Source: Epithemia pelagica (Eukaryota; Protista; Bacillariophyta). Taken from it: DNA of 64,000 nucleotides. How positions within the stretch are numbered: position 1 is the stretch's first letter; each line of letters begins with the position of its first letter. The notes beneath the pieces were generated by a model, which saw only the letters and a list, made by a program, of their open reading frames with translations, made no database searches and was not told the origin of the DNA. Below are positions 1-10,692 of this stretch, piece by piece. The translations under genes and the position numbers were made by a program. The stretch is taken from the NCBI GenBank assembly GCA_946965045.2, contig OX337233.1, forward strand, positions 3,534,001-3,598,000, given 5' to 3'.

Positions 1-1
1 T

Positions 2-601
2 AGATTATTCCAGTCAGGGGTTATATCTGCTCCAGCAACCGTGGAAGTTGCCAAAATGTTTGGAATGAACGCGTTCTCAAGTCTGTTCTCAGAGAGTGGC
101 CGGTTTTATCAATGTGCAGAACGCATCGTAAACGCGGCAGACTATTTCATTCAACGACACGATGGTCGCATACCATCTAACATTTCCTTGCAAGAACTTC
201 TTACTCTCCCTGAAGTAGGATATAAAACGGCCGCAATCACCCTCGCGTACTCTTTTGGACGGGTTGAAGCAATCCCATCCGATGTGCATGTCATCAGATG
301 CTGCCAATTACTTGGCTGGATCCCCAAATCCTGTAACGATGGAATGCTCTGTTCCCTATTCTTGGAATCTTGGTTAGTCAACGAAGTATGGGGCGAGATT
401 AATCCTCTTTTCGGTGCCATTGGGCAAATTTTCAATGTGCCTGCATTGAAATTAGAGAGTTGCAGGATTCTGTCAGAGTATTCATCCAACTTTGATGGGA
501 ACGACGTTGACTCAACAATATACAACACCGATGTTACACAGAAGCAAATGACCTACATGCATAATCAAGTCGTCACTATCATACGAGGCTATGGGAAGTG
601 A
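2..601 (+). CDS. Endonuclease III-like HhH-GPD DNA glycosylase/AP lyase, cargo of hAT element 1 (5'-truncated by window edge)
   Basis: Helix-hairpin-helix LLTLPEVGYKTAA with catalytic Lys and IPSDVH with catalytic Asp (cf. Nth LPGVGRKTA...VDTH). Frame is open back to nt 2 (RLFQSGVISAPATVEVAK), matching the paralog at 51297-53207. No C-terminal 4Fe-4S Cys motif. Confidence 0.85.
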   Translation, partial: RLFQSGVISAPATVEVAKMFGMNAFSSLFSESGRFYQCAERIVNAADYFIQRHDGRIPSNISLQELLTLPEVGYKTAAITLAYSFGRVEAIPSDVHVIRCCQLLGWIPKSCNDGMLCSLFLESWLVNEVWGEINPLFGAIGQIFNVPALKLESCRILSEYSSNFDGNDVDSTIYNTDVTQKQMTYMHNQVVTIIRGYGK

Positions 602-752
602 CGATAAAAAGTTTCCTACTAATATTGTTTTTCTTACTTGCGACTACGTCTGTCCTAAATGGTTAGTATTCGATATTCTTCGATTTCTGTTTCTTGTTTT
701 CTGTTTTTTCAGTTGATGCTTCTCGTGTACTCTGTCATTATACATTCGGTCT

Positions 753-3700
753 TCAATCCTTGTTCAATCGAGGTGATCGACGTGGTGAGTCGACTACATC
801 ACCATTACCGTTTTGATCAGTACGAGCTGGAGTGGATTGCCCGACTGACTGGACTGACTGGGATATTGCCGTTGGAGCTGTCGTTGCGGCTGGAGCTGAA
901 GCTGGAACTGGAGCAGTCGATGCCCCAGTGTCAATAGACCGCCTTGCTTCTGTGGTTGAAGTTTGTGGAGGTGTTTTGCCTGTTGCAGTGTGTTCTGCCA
1001 TTACCTGTTCAGGGGGCGCCTTCTTTGCTCCAAACCGCAAAGCCAACGATTGCTGTTTCATTTTACGTTTCTTCTGTGAAGAAAGGCCGGTTCTTTTGGT
1101 TTTACTTGTACTTCCCTTTCGCTTTTGGGAACTGGTCTGTACCTTTTTGGAAACTGATGCTGATTGCGAATGGAACGAAGAACTTTCCGTAACCTTACTT
1201 GCGTTTGCCAAACTCTGCTCACCTGTGACTGATTGCTCTCCAGTGGCACAAAGTCGGAGACTTTGCTGCAGTGCTTGAAGTTTCTGAAGTTCCGTTTTCC
1301 GTTCTTCCACAACTTCGACCATTCTCTCGTCCGAATCCTCATTATCTTTCTCTCCTTCAATCTTTCTGTTCAATGCTTCCATCTGTTCCCTATCAGTTTT
1401 ATCCTGTACCAAGTCAATCAGTTCCACATCATCCCATTCTTCTACCTTTTCCTCGTTGTTATCGCCCAGTTTCTTGAATTTGTACGTTTGCCCGGACACT
1501 CCATTCTCTAAAGCACTTCCTTGAACGACAAATCCTTGTAGGTCCGTTGTTCCGTCTAAAATCTTCTCGAGCCGTCCTAGCTCACCTTGTGTTGATGAAT
1601 CACTCACTTCCACTATTTCACGGGCAGTATCCATTACTTCGATAGCACCTTCATGTGTAGAACCATCCTCCACTCCTGTCACAGCAGCAGCAGCAGCAGC
1701 AGCAGCTCTACGACCTTTTGGTTTGGCTTTGGAAGTGGTTTTGCGTAACTCTGGTTTCACTTTGTTGTTAGACATGTCCTTTTCTCTTTCGCTTATTGTT
1801 TTCCGGATTGGACGACTTAGACTCTCGATGGTTCTCAATTCAAAAACCTTGTTGCCTTGTCGATTCATTAGTGGATTCCTGTCGAACCAAGAGCTGGTAG
1901 AAAAAACTCTCTCTTGATACGCATTCGTTGCTGGTTTCGAAATCCATATGATTGCACTAGGAAAAATCTTGGGAAACTGTGTGCGATTGGCCATCCACCA
2001 CTGCATCACATTGAAGTATTGCGCCACGTCATGGAACTCTTCCTTGGCACAGGCGGTGAGAAACTCATCTTGCTCCTCATCTGTCCATGTCTGGGAACGA
2101 GCATCATACAGGGGTGTTGGAAATTGTTGGATAAGGTCTGCCCATGAGTGCGAAACTACAGTCTCACAAAAATTAAGATAGGCACCGAATTCATTGTCAC
2201 ATTGCTTGTAGAATTTTGCTCTTTCTGTCTGATCTCGTCCATTCCCCGCTGCTTGGCCAGTCATAGAAGTTAGTGTGGCATGTTCTCTTTCTCTAGTCCT
2301 TCGGTGTGCTTTGAAAATGTTGAATGCATCCATCACGTTAGCAACACTGTTTGTTGGTTGCGCTTGACTTGCGTCTCTTAAATCATCAGTACTGGCGTTG
2401 TCCTCCACATGAGGTGTTTCTTGAGTGCTTCCAGAGACAGAGGATGTTGACGATGTTGGAGATGTAAATTTTTGTACCACATCCATGACAAACTGGCGAC
2501 GAATCCTTTTGATGTCGTTGTCGTCATAAACTTCTATGTCCTCCTTCATTATAGATGGTCCAAGATAGCACAGAAACGGGTGACCAAGCATGGCATGTTC
2601 TGCATGAACATCATCCCCTTCCATCATGTAGGTCTTGTATTCGATCAAAATCCTATCAATCAGTTTCTTTGTTGATTCGAGTGCGTCATTATAGGGCAAC
2701 ATGGTCCGCTTCGATTGCAATGAGTGGATTGTTTCCGATGCATCCCAGGGTGTCACTCCTGGAGCATCTCTGTCCAGTACCAGAACCGGTATGCCCTTTT
2801 CTTTCATGATTTCAACACAAAACTTGCTGTTGTAAATTTCCAACAAGGATCCTGCCGAGGCAGAAGGATCATCCACTTGCAGTGACATGGCACATTTCTT
2901 CAACGGTAATAGAACACCTTCAAACTCTGCAAGGGCTTGCCATTCACTCTCTTTAGGGTACTTTGAGACAAAGTCCTTGTCTTTGTTTGTCTCAAAACTC
3001 TGTTGGTTTTTGTATGCATCCATGGTATGCTTGTCCCGAAAGAGGTCATGCGTCATAATGATGCATCCTGTTACTCTGGTTGTATTAGGCATTTGGATCT
3101 TGATTATGTGTCGGTGATTCTTTTGAGCATATTCTTTAAGACGCTGGAATCGCTTGGGGGACCGGGAACTCATAAGCCAGGATGAGAACTTGAAAAAGAT
3201 TTGATATATCTTCATAAAGGAAGGATTGCTGTCGATTACTTCCCCATGCCTCTTGCGTACTGCTAGACCGGTGGCGTGTTTGAGTATCAATTCCGCTCTG
3301 TGCATGTCGCACTTTCCACCACTGTTGTTTCCAATAATGTATTTGCCAGCAAGGACGGCGGAATTAGTGTTGTCGTTCACAGAACTGCACAAGTCAGTCT
3401 GTGTGAACGAAACATTCTTCAGGATTTTAGCCGTATGTTCCGCAACCTGGACAGCAGTATGCCCTTTGACATTAGCAAGACCAATGGGGATTTTATAGTT
3501 TTCACCGTTTCTTGGATCAGTGAAGACCAGGGTTATCCCCAAAATATCCTTGTTGTTGCCTTGCCATATGTCGTGACATATGGTGGCAAAGGCAATGGGC
3601 TTTCCGCATAACAAGGCATATGCGGCTCTAACCTTATTTCCCAACATGGTCACTGTTGCGACAAACTCATTGTATGATAGCAACCGCATTTTTGTTATTG

Positions 3701-4715
3701 CCTTGTTGCTGATTTCACAGTCCTTGGGAGAAAGTTTTGGGGCATTGGCTATTGCACATTGCAGTAGTTCTCGGAAAGAGTCTTTCTCCACAGTTCGAGC
3801 AGGGAATCCGTTGTCGTTCACAAACCTGTATATGGCTTGGTGAAGTAAGGACTTGGCATCCGAGCGAGATACCATTGTTCCAGAGTATTGCTTCATCGTT
3901 GATTGTGTAGGATCATTATTGGTATCATCATCTTTCAAACTTGCGCTGATGTGAGGGTGTTTAGCATCGTGGTGTTGCTTGATGTTGGAGGAAATGCCAT
4001 CACCCAGGCCAAGAAGACACTCGTCAAGGGATTTATTGGGGTTCTCAAAACATAGAGGGCAGACAACCATCCTCTTGTTAATGGTCTTATAAGTGTCGTT
4101 TTCACGTATGTCATCTTCGGAGGCCTGTTCTAACATGTCAAAACAGCGAAGGAGACCCTCCATTCTCAAAAGACTGTCCTCGGAAATCTTGCCTTTGTGT
4201 GTCGACAGCTTCTTGTAGTCAATGTATCGAACCGTGCCCCAAAAAGATCTGTAGAAATTACGAAATTGTTTTGATCTTGCAATAGATTGGAACGAAATGA
4301 ACGACTTTTCAAGTTTTATTTCTTCTCTTCGTTCGGGAGAAACAGATTCATCGTCTTCGTTATCGTTGTCGTTGTTTTCGTTGTTCATATTGAGATTCAC
4401 GTTGTCTGATGGATTGGTGTTGTTGTTAGTTGCACGGTTGTTGGGAACTGATGATTCCAAAGATGAAACAGAAGCTCGGCGAGATTGTCCTCTTGTGTTG
4501 GTAGGGGGCGGGGACATTGCAATGGTTGGAGGAGAAAGAGTTGAAACAGCCGGTGAATTATTGATACTCGTTATGACAAGCCCCAAGAGACCCTGAGACA
4601 TGTGGGTGAGAAGTGAGAAGGTCTCTGGAGTCTCGAATATGCAAAACAGTTGGTGAGTTGGGAGTGGGAAGCACCTCTTTTCTATACAGACTGGAAACTG
4701 GCAACTGATGGTCAC
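753..4715 (-). CDS. hAT-superfamily transposase (element 1)
   Basis: BED-like Zn finger (CPLC...HHDAKH), D1 CHDIWQ, D2 VNDNTN, CxxH (CDMH), TRVTG at the usual TRWNS position, C-terminal PATNAYQERVFS with catalytic Glu. True ATG probably 4601 or 4517. Confidence 0.9.
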   Translation of the reverse strand: MTISCQFPVCIEKRCFPLPTHQLFCIFETPETFSLLTHMSQGLLGLVITSINNSPAVSTLSPPTIAMSPPPTNTRGQSRRASVSSLESSVPNNRATNNNTNPSDNVNLNMNNENNDNDNEDDESVSPERREEIKLEKSFISFQSIARSKQFRNFYRSFWGTVRYIDYKKLSTHKGKISEDSLLRMEGLLRCFDMLEQASEDDIRENDTYKTINKRMVVCPLCFENPNKSLDECLLGLGDGISSNIKQHHDAKHPHISASLKDDDTNNDPTQSTMKQYSGTMVSRSDAKSLLHQAIYRFVNDNGFPARTVEKDSFRELLQCAIANAPKLSPKDCEISNKAITKMRLLSYNEFVATVTMLGNKVRAAYALLCGKPIAFATICHDIWQGNNKDILGITLVFTDPRNGENYKIPIGLANVKGHTAVQVAEHTAKILKNVSFTQTDLCSSVNDNTNSAVLAGKYIIGNNSGGKCDMHRAELILKHATGLAVRKRHGEVIDSNPSFMKIYQIFFKFSSWLMSSRSPKRFQRLKEYAQKNHRHIIKIQMPNTTRVTGCIIMTHDLFRDKHTMDAYKNQQSFETNKDKDFVSKYPKESEWQALAEFEGVLLPLKKCAMSLQVDDPSASAGSLLEIYNSKFCVEIMKEKGIPVLVLDRDAPGVTPWDASETIHSLQSKRTMLPYNDALESTKKLIDRILIEYKTYMMEGDDVHAEHAMLGHPFLCYLGPSIMKEDIEVYDDNDIKRIRRQFVMDVVQKFTSPTSSTSSVSGSTQETPHVEDNASTDDLRDASQAQPTNSVANVMDAFNIFKAHRRTREREHATLTSMTGQAAGNGRDQTERAKFYKQCDNEFGAYLNFCETVVSHSWADLIQQFPTPLYDARSQTWTDEEQDEFLTACAKEEFHDVAQYFNVMQWWMANRTQFPKIFPSAIIWISKPATNAYQERVFSTSSWFDRNPLMNRQGNKVFELRTIESLSRPIRKTISEREKDMSNNKVKPELRKTTSKAKPKGRRAAAAAAAAVTGVEDGSTHEGAIEVMDTAREIVEVSDSSTQGELGRLEKILDGTTDLQGFVVQGSALENGVSGQTYKFKKLGDNNEEKVEEWDDVELIDLVQDKTDREQMEALNRKIEGEKDNEDSDERMVEVVEERKTELQKLQALQQSLRLCATGEQSVTGEQSLANASKVTESSSFHSQSASVSKKVQTSSQKRKGSTSKTKRTGLSSQKKRKMKQQSLALRFGAKKAPPEQVMAEHTATGKTPPQTSTTEARRSIDTGASTAPVPASAPAATTAPTAISQSVQSVGQSTPARTDQNGNGDVVDSPRRSPRLNKD

Positions 4716-5179
4716 TGGTCACTGGTCACTTCATTCATGTCTTGAATGAGTGATGAGTGGCGAAACATGTCGAGAGGCGAGAGGAATATCAAGCAACATG
4801 TGGAACGAAAGAAGTGATCTTAGTGTGTGTTAGGAAGTAATTGACTGGAGTATATTGTAGGCTGGTAGGAGAGAACAAAGAAAATTGGAAATAGATTTGT
4901 ACAGAAAAGTTGGAACCGATGACTATGAGAATAGACTTTTGATAGTAAGTCAGAGGAGAATTGCGAGGAAATTGAATGCAACTTAGGGAAATTATGCTGA
5001 ATGTAAAGTTGCAATTTATCGACGAAAAGTCATAGAAATATTCGTTGCGAATGAATTATAGACACGAAGTTGGTAAAAAAAGGGGGGGAAATGAACTAAA
5101 AATGGTGAAAATGCAACTTTTTTGGTAAAAATATTTGGAAATTGGAAAATGGCCAAGTTCAACTTCCACACCCTGATCC

Positions 5180-6289
5180 TCAACACAAACTCTTGTCCAC
5201 AAGAGACAGTGTTTCACCCGGATATTCCTCAACAAATGCTCCGAGCGTTACAATGCCGGTTGGAACTGCAACCACGCTATAAAGTTGCTTATCCACCTTC
5301 ATTTCTGGTAGCTGCCATATAATGTTGCGTTGCGTGTCCAGCACCTCCCCAGCATGCGAGTACAGAATTTTATTATGTGTCCCTCCTACTACGACAAGGC
5401 AAGATCCCATGCGGACCACGACATGTGCACGTCGAGGACTGCCAAGAACAAGATCTTTGTGAATCGTCCACGATTTGGTAAACGGGAACGCTGATGTTGT
5501 ACTCTGAGGGGTCCCCGCTTTCCGCCAATCATCAAATTCAAGGTACTCGACAGACTTCAAGTCCGTGAAGAAAGAGCCAATATCATTTTCGTCCCTCTCA
5601 TCATTTTGCCCAAAACCACCAACAACATAAATACGTGAACCAACCACCGCCATTCCAAAGGCACTTCGAGCCACATTCATTGGTGGTCCAGATATGACAA
5701 AGCATTGGCTTTGGGAGCTTGTGTCAATAATATCGACTGATGAAAGAAGATAACCTCCACATTGTCCACCCGCCACAACAATGAATCTGTCATGTACGAC
5801 GACAGCGGCGCAAACACATCTGGGGCTTGACAAACGACATTCCAACGTCGTCCATTCGTGATTGTTTTGATTGCTTGCGAAAGACGAAAAAAACAAATCA
5901 GTAATATCAATTCTTTCAATGGTGGCCAAACCTGGCTCATTATTTTCTCCGCCAATGGCGTAAAGAGCTCCATTGCATACCACGGTAGCACAGAACGCGC
6001 GTGCTTCGTTCATAGCTCGTCCTTCTCGCCACACTTTCTTATGATCCTTAACATTCAACAGAAGAACGGAATTCAAGCGACAGTAATCATCATCCTGTCC
6101 TCCCAATACGACCACAATTTGTCCTTGGCTCTTGTCGGGGTGATCCACAACAACGAATGCGTGTCGTGTTCGCCCACCGTCTGGCAATGGAGGCCAATCA
6201 GATGGCCTCCATGTTGGATCCTCTTGAATGTTAGGAGAGTTCAAAAACGCCAGTCCGGATAACTGCGCTTGTTGGCGGAAGTTCGTCAT
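5180..6289 (-). CDS. Kelch-repeat beta-propeller protein, copy 1 (C-terminus shortened at hAT junction)
   Basis: Repeated kelch blades with GG doublets and Trp (VVVLGG...VWREG..MNEAR...LYAIGG...WTT; IVVAGG; IYVVGG). Ends SLVDKSLC* where paralogs continue. Confidence 0.85.
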   Translation of the reverse strand: MTNFRQQAQLSGLAFLNSPNIQEDPTWRPSDWPPLPDGGRTRHAFVVVDHPDKSQGQIVVVLGGQDDDYCRLNSVLLLNVKDHKKVWREGRAMNEARAFCATVVCNGALYAIGGENNEPGLATIERIDITDLFFSSFASNQNNHEWTTLECRLSSPRCVCAAVVVHDRFIVVAGGQCGGYLLSSVDIIDTSSQSQCFVISGPPMNVARSAFGMAVVGSRIYVVGGFGQNDERDENDIGSFFTDLKSVEYLEFDDWRKAGTPQSTTSAFPFTKSWTIHKDLVLGSPRRAHVVVRMGSCLVVVGGTHNKILYSHAGEVLDTQRNIIWQLPEMKVDKQLYSVVAVPTGIVTLGAFVEEYPGETLSLVDKSLC

Positions 6290-6722
6290 TGTCTGTTGCT
6301 TTGTTTTGTTACGAGTATGAGATAGAAAGGTAAATATATTGGTTGTTCTCAGATCTCAGATGGCGCCATTCATCCGATACACACATAAGCCTCATCCGAT
6401 GTACATTAATAGGTATGGATTACAATAGGCTATTGTATTGTTTTGATTTGAAATGACTCCTATCGCCGGGCGATGATTCATTCATGTCCAATGTACACCT
6501 CCGCTCACAGGAATGGTTCTCGAACCTCATAGTCGCGAACGAATATAGCACCCTCAGTTGAAAGACAAGATCGAGCATCTAGATATAGCCATAAAAGGGA
6601 TAGACTATTTCACTGCCGAGGCGCCATTTCGACGTTGATTTTGCACCCTTTCACTGTCAAACGAGAAAGGTGACGCAAACGACTCAGTATATTTTACTAC
6701 AAGGTCCCAAGGATTACTATTT

Positions 6723-7905
6723 TTAACTGAGGGCTGATTGAAAAACCATCCATTCTTCCTGATTCGTTTTCAATCCGAAATTATTCCGAGGCAATGTTGG
6801 AAGCTAACCGTGAGACGATCCGAACAAATGTCAAGCGATGGCCCGAGGAGACCATCCACAAACGTGCCGAGAAATGCTTGGTTTGAAAGGACGATTGTGA
6901 CAAGGCATAAGCTACCGTTGTTGTTGTTGTGGTGGTGGTGGTCGTTTAGGAATCGCCAGTGATGGGTGGCAACTTACTCAAAGGAATCCTCCTCCACTCA
7001 GCGTTGTGGACTCGGATACTTTGGTCAGAACCGGGTCGGGCTGAGTGGTGCGCCGACAAGACTTTCCCCACCATGGTGGCCATTTGATCTGAGGAATCCT
7101 CCTTCACTCGAGTGGCGGAGGACGTTGTGGCCTCAGATAATTTGGCCCAAAACGGGTGGATCTGAGTGATAGTGGTAGTAGTTGACGAAGATCCTGCTAC
7201 TCTTGCTGCTGCAGGAGGTACCAGAATGACGACCAATGCGGTCCTTGTTTTTGTCGTCGATATCATCGTCATGGGAGGTGTGGGGTCCATTACCACCACG
7301 TCGGGACGCCAAGGGTAAGGAATCATATCAGCTTGCGTGGGATTCCAATCCGCGGGTAAAGCTTGTGCCTGCACCAAGGCTTGTCGACCTTCTTCTTGTT
7401 GTTGTTCTGGCGTATCGTACAAGTCACTGGGTGCCCAAGGCGACACAGGATTCGGGTGTCATGCTGTTGCTGTATCAATCCGACGTACTCACTGACACCA
7501 CCAAAGCATGCTGCAGTTTTATGGGCATGAAGAGGAAGTTTGAGAGTAAAGACAACACTTGGAAGATCGTCGTCTTGTAGCAAGGCTTTGGACCGTCGAA
7601 AGATTGCAACTTTTTGAAGCTTCCATCCATTGCGCATGTTGCAGCGGTTGTCGTTGCTTGGTCAACAATCGTGGTGCATATTTCTGCGTGTGCTGTCCAT
7701 AAGCTCGTTTGGACTGCCAAGTGACACGTTCCATCCTAGTGTCTTCGATGTTGAGTTTGCTTTGATTTTCACCCCAGAGACGCACATCTGGGCATTGTTT
7801 CGGGGCAAGGCAACGTAACAACTGCTCGACCATCTCAAGGCAATGTATGTGACCCCAGCTCGAAAATCAACTTGTGGTGATTGGACAAATGGTGGTATCG
7901 ATTGT
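6723..7905 (-). pseudogene. Arrestin-like pseudogene, unit 1 (C-terminal two-thirds, frameshifted)
   Basis: Homology to 20271-22121 is split over several frames (WGENQSKLNIED..MERVTW; APSDLYD; LPADWNPTQAD). The 3' end matches the intact stop context; the arrestin-N region is not recognisable. Confidence 0.8.
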
Positions 7906-9199
7906 TGAGATGGCGGCATCAAAGAAGATAAGAATGCGTTCTTTTGTCGTTCATGCGATCTTTGTTGCTGATGTCGTTTGTACCCCCAGACAATGAATGA
8001 GTTTGGCATGTCTGTTGGTGGTTGTGGACATGCCGGCGACTCATGGTTTGAATGGCCTCGTGTGATTCTGTCCGAGCGGCTTCCAAAGAGCCATAGGTAT
8101 TGACAACACTATAATCGTCCTCTTGTGCATCGCCTGTTACTTGGAAATTGCCAGTCGCCACGGTCAACCCCATCATGACTTCGGTATCCACCAAATTTCG
8201 AGAACAACCAAGCGATTGAAGGGCAATCTTTTTTCGTTGGGAGCTGTGATAGAGCATCGGGGCTCCGGGCACACGCTGCTGTTCTTTTGTTGTTGTTGAC
8301 CACCAACGCCGATCCATACCACCACCACCATGACTGGATGCTGGAGCTGTGCCAAGGAATGGGTGGTGAATCGTCCAAGAAGTTGTCTCCTGCTGCAAGG
8401 CAGCGGTAGTAGAGCCCCCAAACCATGGTTGGATCCGTGGAGTCAATCATCCCATGACACCCCCAATGTTACGGACGTGGGCCAGAACCTGCCGACCCAA
8501 GAACATCATGGTGTGGAGAGACTTGTGGAGCAGAGCGAAGAGATACCCTCGAGGATATCGGGGCGACTCAAATGCGGCCCCAAAGGATTCCGAAAATCTA
8601 CCCATCCGTGCTATAGCTACTATACCCGCCATAACGTCCTTGTATAGAGGGAATGGTTGGAGGTTGGAGGCGGCAAGGCAACCAGAGAAGGGCAATGGAC
8701 CTGTCTCTTTCGTCTCCCAGGCGACTTACTACCAAGATGATGGGATTGATAGCTAGTACCGTAACACCCACAACCATAGACATGAGTTTCGGCTTGGGTG
8801 CAGGGACACAGCTCTTGCCAAGCTTTCCAGGTATCTGAGTCGTGACGGGGTATTAGCTTTCGCTTTCCCGGTCTTTTCCCACTCTCGCGGACTCTCGAGA
8901 CCCATCTTTGTGAAACAGTCGAAGTAATAAAAAGAGAAACAACTCGATGGAACAAAAGGCTAACCATTTTCTTGACAGCTAGAAATGATTTCAATCTGAA
9001 GGAATCTTACGAAACAAATTACCTAGGATCTCCCCAATTGATGCCGTGTTTGTGGTCTATGTCAAAGATTGGACAGGTTCTACAACACACTTGTCTCACA
9101 TGTTACTAGGAGTAGTCCCGAGCCATACATTTGCCTGAAGCAAAAAATCCGCATGACAGTACAACCACCAATGAAGCACAACCAAACTTGCACATATTT

Positions 9200-10342
9200 T
9201 CAACAGAGCTTTGGTCGGATGGGAGCCTTTCCCAGAGCCATCAATCCAGCAAAACACAAAGAGTTCTTGTCAGCAAGAGACAGTGTTTGACCCGGAATTA
9301 GATCTTCTCCGATCGTTACAATGCCAGATGAAATCGCAACCACGTTAGAACCTTGTATTGTCTTGTTCATGTTTGGCAGCTGCCATACACGGTTACGTAG
9401 CGTGTCTAGGACCTCCCCAGATCGATGGTCATAACCTTGATTATGCATCCCTCCTTCTACGACAAGGCAACATCCCACGCGGACCACAACATGTTGACTT
9501 CGAGGAGTACCAAGAACAAGATCTTTGTGAATCGTCCAGGAATTGGTGATTGACGACATGGATTTGGTATCTTTCTGTTTTTCTTTCAGCCAATCATCAA
9601 ACTCAAGGTACTCGACGGAATCAAACTTTGTATCATCTTCGCCATCCAAATAATCTAGCCCAGAACCACCGACAACATAAATACGTGAACCAATCACGGC
9701 CATTCCGAAAGAACTTCGAGCCACATTCATATGGGGTGCCCTTATGACAAAGCATTGGCTTTTGGAGCATGTGTCAATAATCTCAACTGATGAAAGAAAA
9801 TCATAATCTTCACCTTCTCCACCCGCCACAACAATGAATCTGTCATGTACAACGGCAGCGGCGCATCCTTTTCTGTCCCACGACAAACAGCATTCCAACG
9901 TCGTCCATTGCTGATTCTTTTGATTGCTCGCAAAAGATGAATAAACCAACTCTGTAATACCAATTCTTTCGATGGTGGGCAACGCTGACCATTCTTTCGA
10001 TCCGCCAATAGCGTAAAGAGATCCATTGCATACCACAGCTGCACACAAAGATCGTCCTTCGTTCATAGCGCACCCTTCTCGCCACACTTTCTTATGCTCG
10101 TCCACGTTCAACAGAAGAACGGAATTCAAATCATGACCCTCATTGTTGTATCCTCCTAAAACGACGACAATTTCTCCTTGGTTCTTATCGGGATGTTTCA
10201 TCACAACCGATGCGTGTTCTAGTCGCCAACCTCCTGGCAACGGAGGCCATTCAGATGGGCGCCATTCTGGTTCCTTTTGAATGTTGGCACGGTTGGTAAA
10301 ATGCAGTCCGGACAACTTTGCTTGTTGGCGGATGTTCGTCAT
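9200..10342 (-). CDS. Kelch-repeat protein, copy 2
   Basis: Same kelch motifs; ATG at 10342 (MTNIRQQ) aligns with the copy 1 start; ends SLCFAGLMALGKAPIRPKLC. Confidence 0.85.
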   Translation of the reverse strand: MTNIRQQAKLSGLHFTNRANIQKEPEWRPSEWPPLPGGWRLEHASVVMKHPDKNQGEIVVVLGGYNNEGHDLNSVLLLNVDEHKKVWREGCAMNEGRSLCAAVVCNGSLYAIGGSKEWSALPTIERIGITELVYSSFASNQKNQQWTTLECCLSWDRKGCAAAVVHDRFIVVAGGEGEDYDFLSSVEIIDTCSKSQCFVIRAPHMNVARSSFGMAVIGSRIYVVGGSGLDYLDGEDDTKFDSVEYLEFDDWLKEKQKDTKSMSSITNSWTIHKDLVLGTPRSQHVVVRVGCCLVVEGGMHNQGYDHRSGEVLDTLRNRVWQLPNMNKTIQGSNVVAISSGIVTIGEDLIPGQTLSLADKNSLCFAGLMALGKAPIRPKLC

Positions 10343-10692
10343 TGTCTGTCGCTTTGTTTTTCTCGGTGAGACACGTGAGAAAATAGATGTGCAGTTGCAG
10401 TGCATCAGAGTTTGAGACAATGGAGATGGTCGGTGCTCGGATGGCGCCATTCAGCCAAATGACATAAGCCCGATCCATTGGGGCGATTGTTTGATTGGAA
10501 ATGACTATCGCCGGGCGATTCATCTCTGTGAAAGACCACACAGATGAATCATGAAGGAATTCTGTCTCGAATTTGTCGGGTGGACTGTCAAGGGGAAAGA
10601 TACGAGTATAGCACCTATTCTCAGTTGCAAGAGAACGGCGAACCAAACGACTAAGAATACTCTATTCTACAACGTCCTAGGGATTACTATTC

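Larger units (their letters stand above)
1..5175 (-). mobile_element. hAT DNA transposon 1 (glycosylase + transposase), left end outside window
   Basis: AACTTCCACACCCTG at 5161-5175 (rev-comp CAGGGTGTGGAAGTT) matches the element-2 TIR at 12/15 nt. It lies about 460 bp beyond the transposase ORF start across an AT-rich stretch, as in element 2. Confidence 0.75.

Noticed and set aside
41-601. Calling either glycosylase the host NTH1 gene
   Set aside because: One copy lies inside TIRs and a TSD, both lack the Fe-S motif, and both pair with transposases; no gene symbol assigned.
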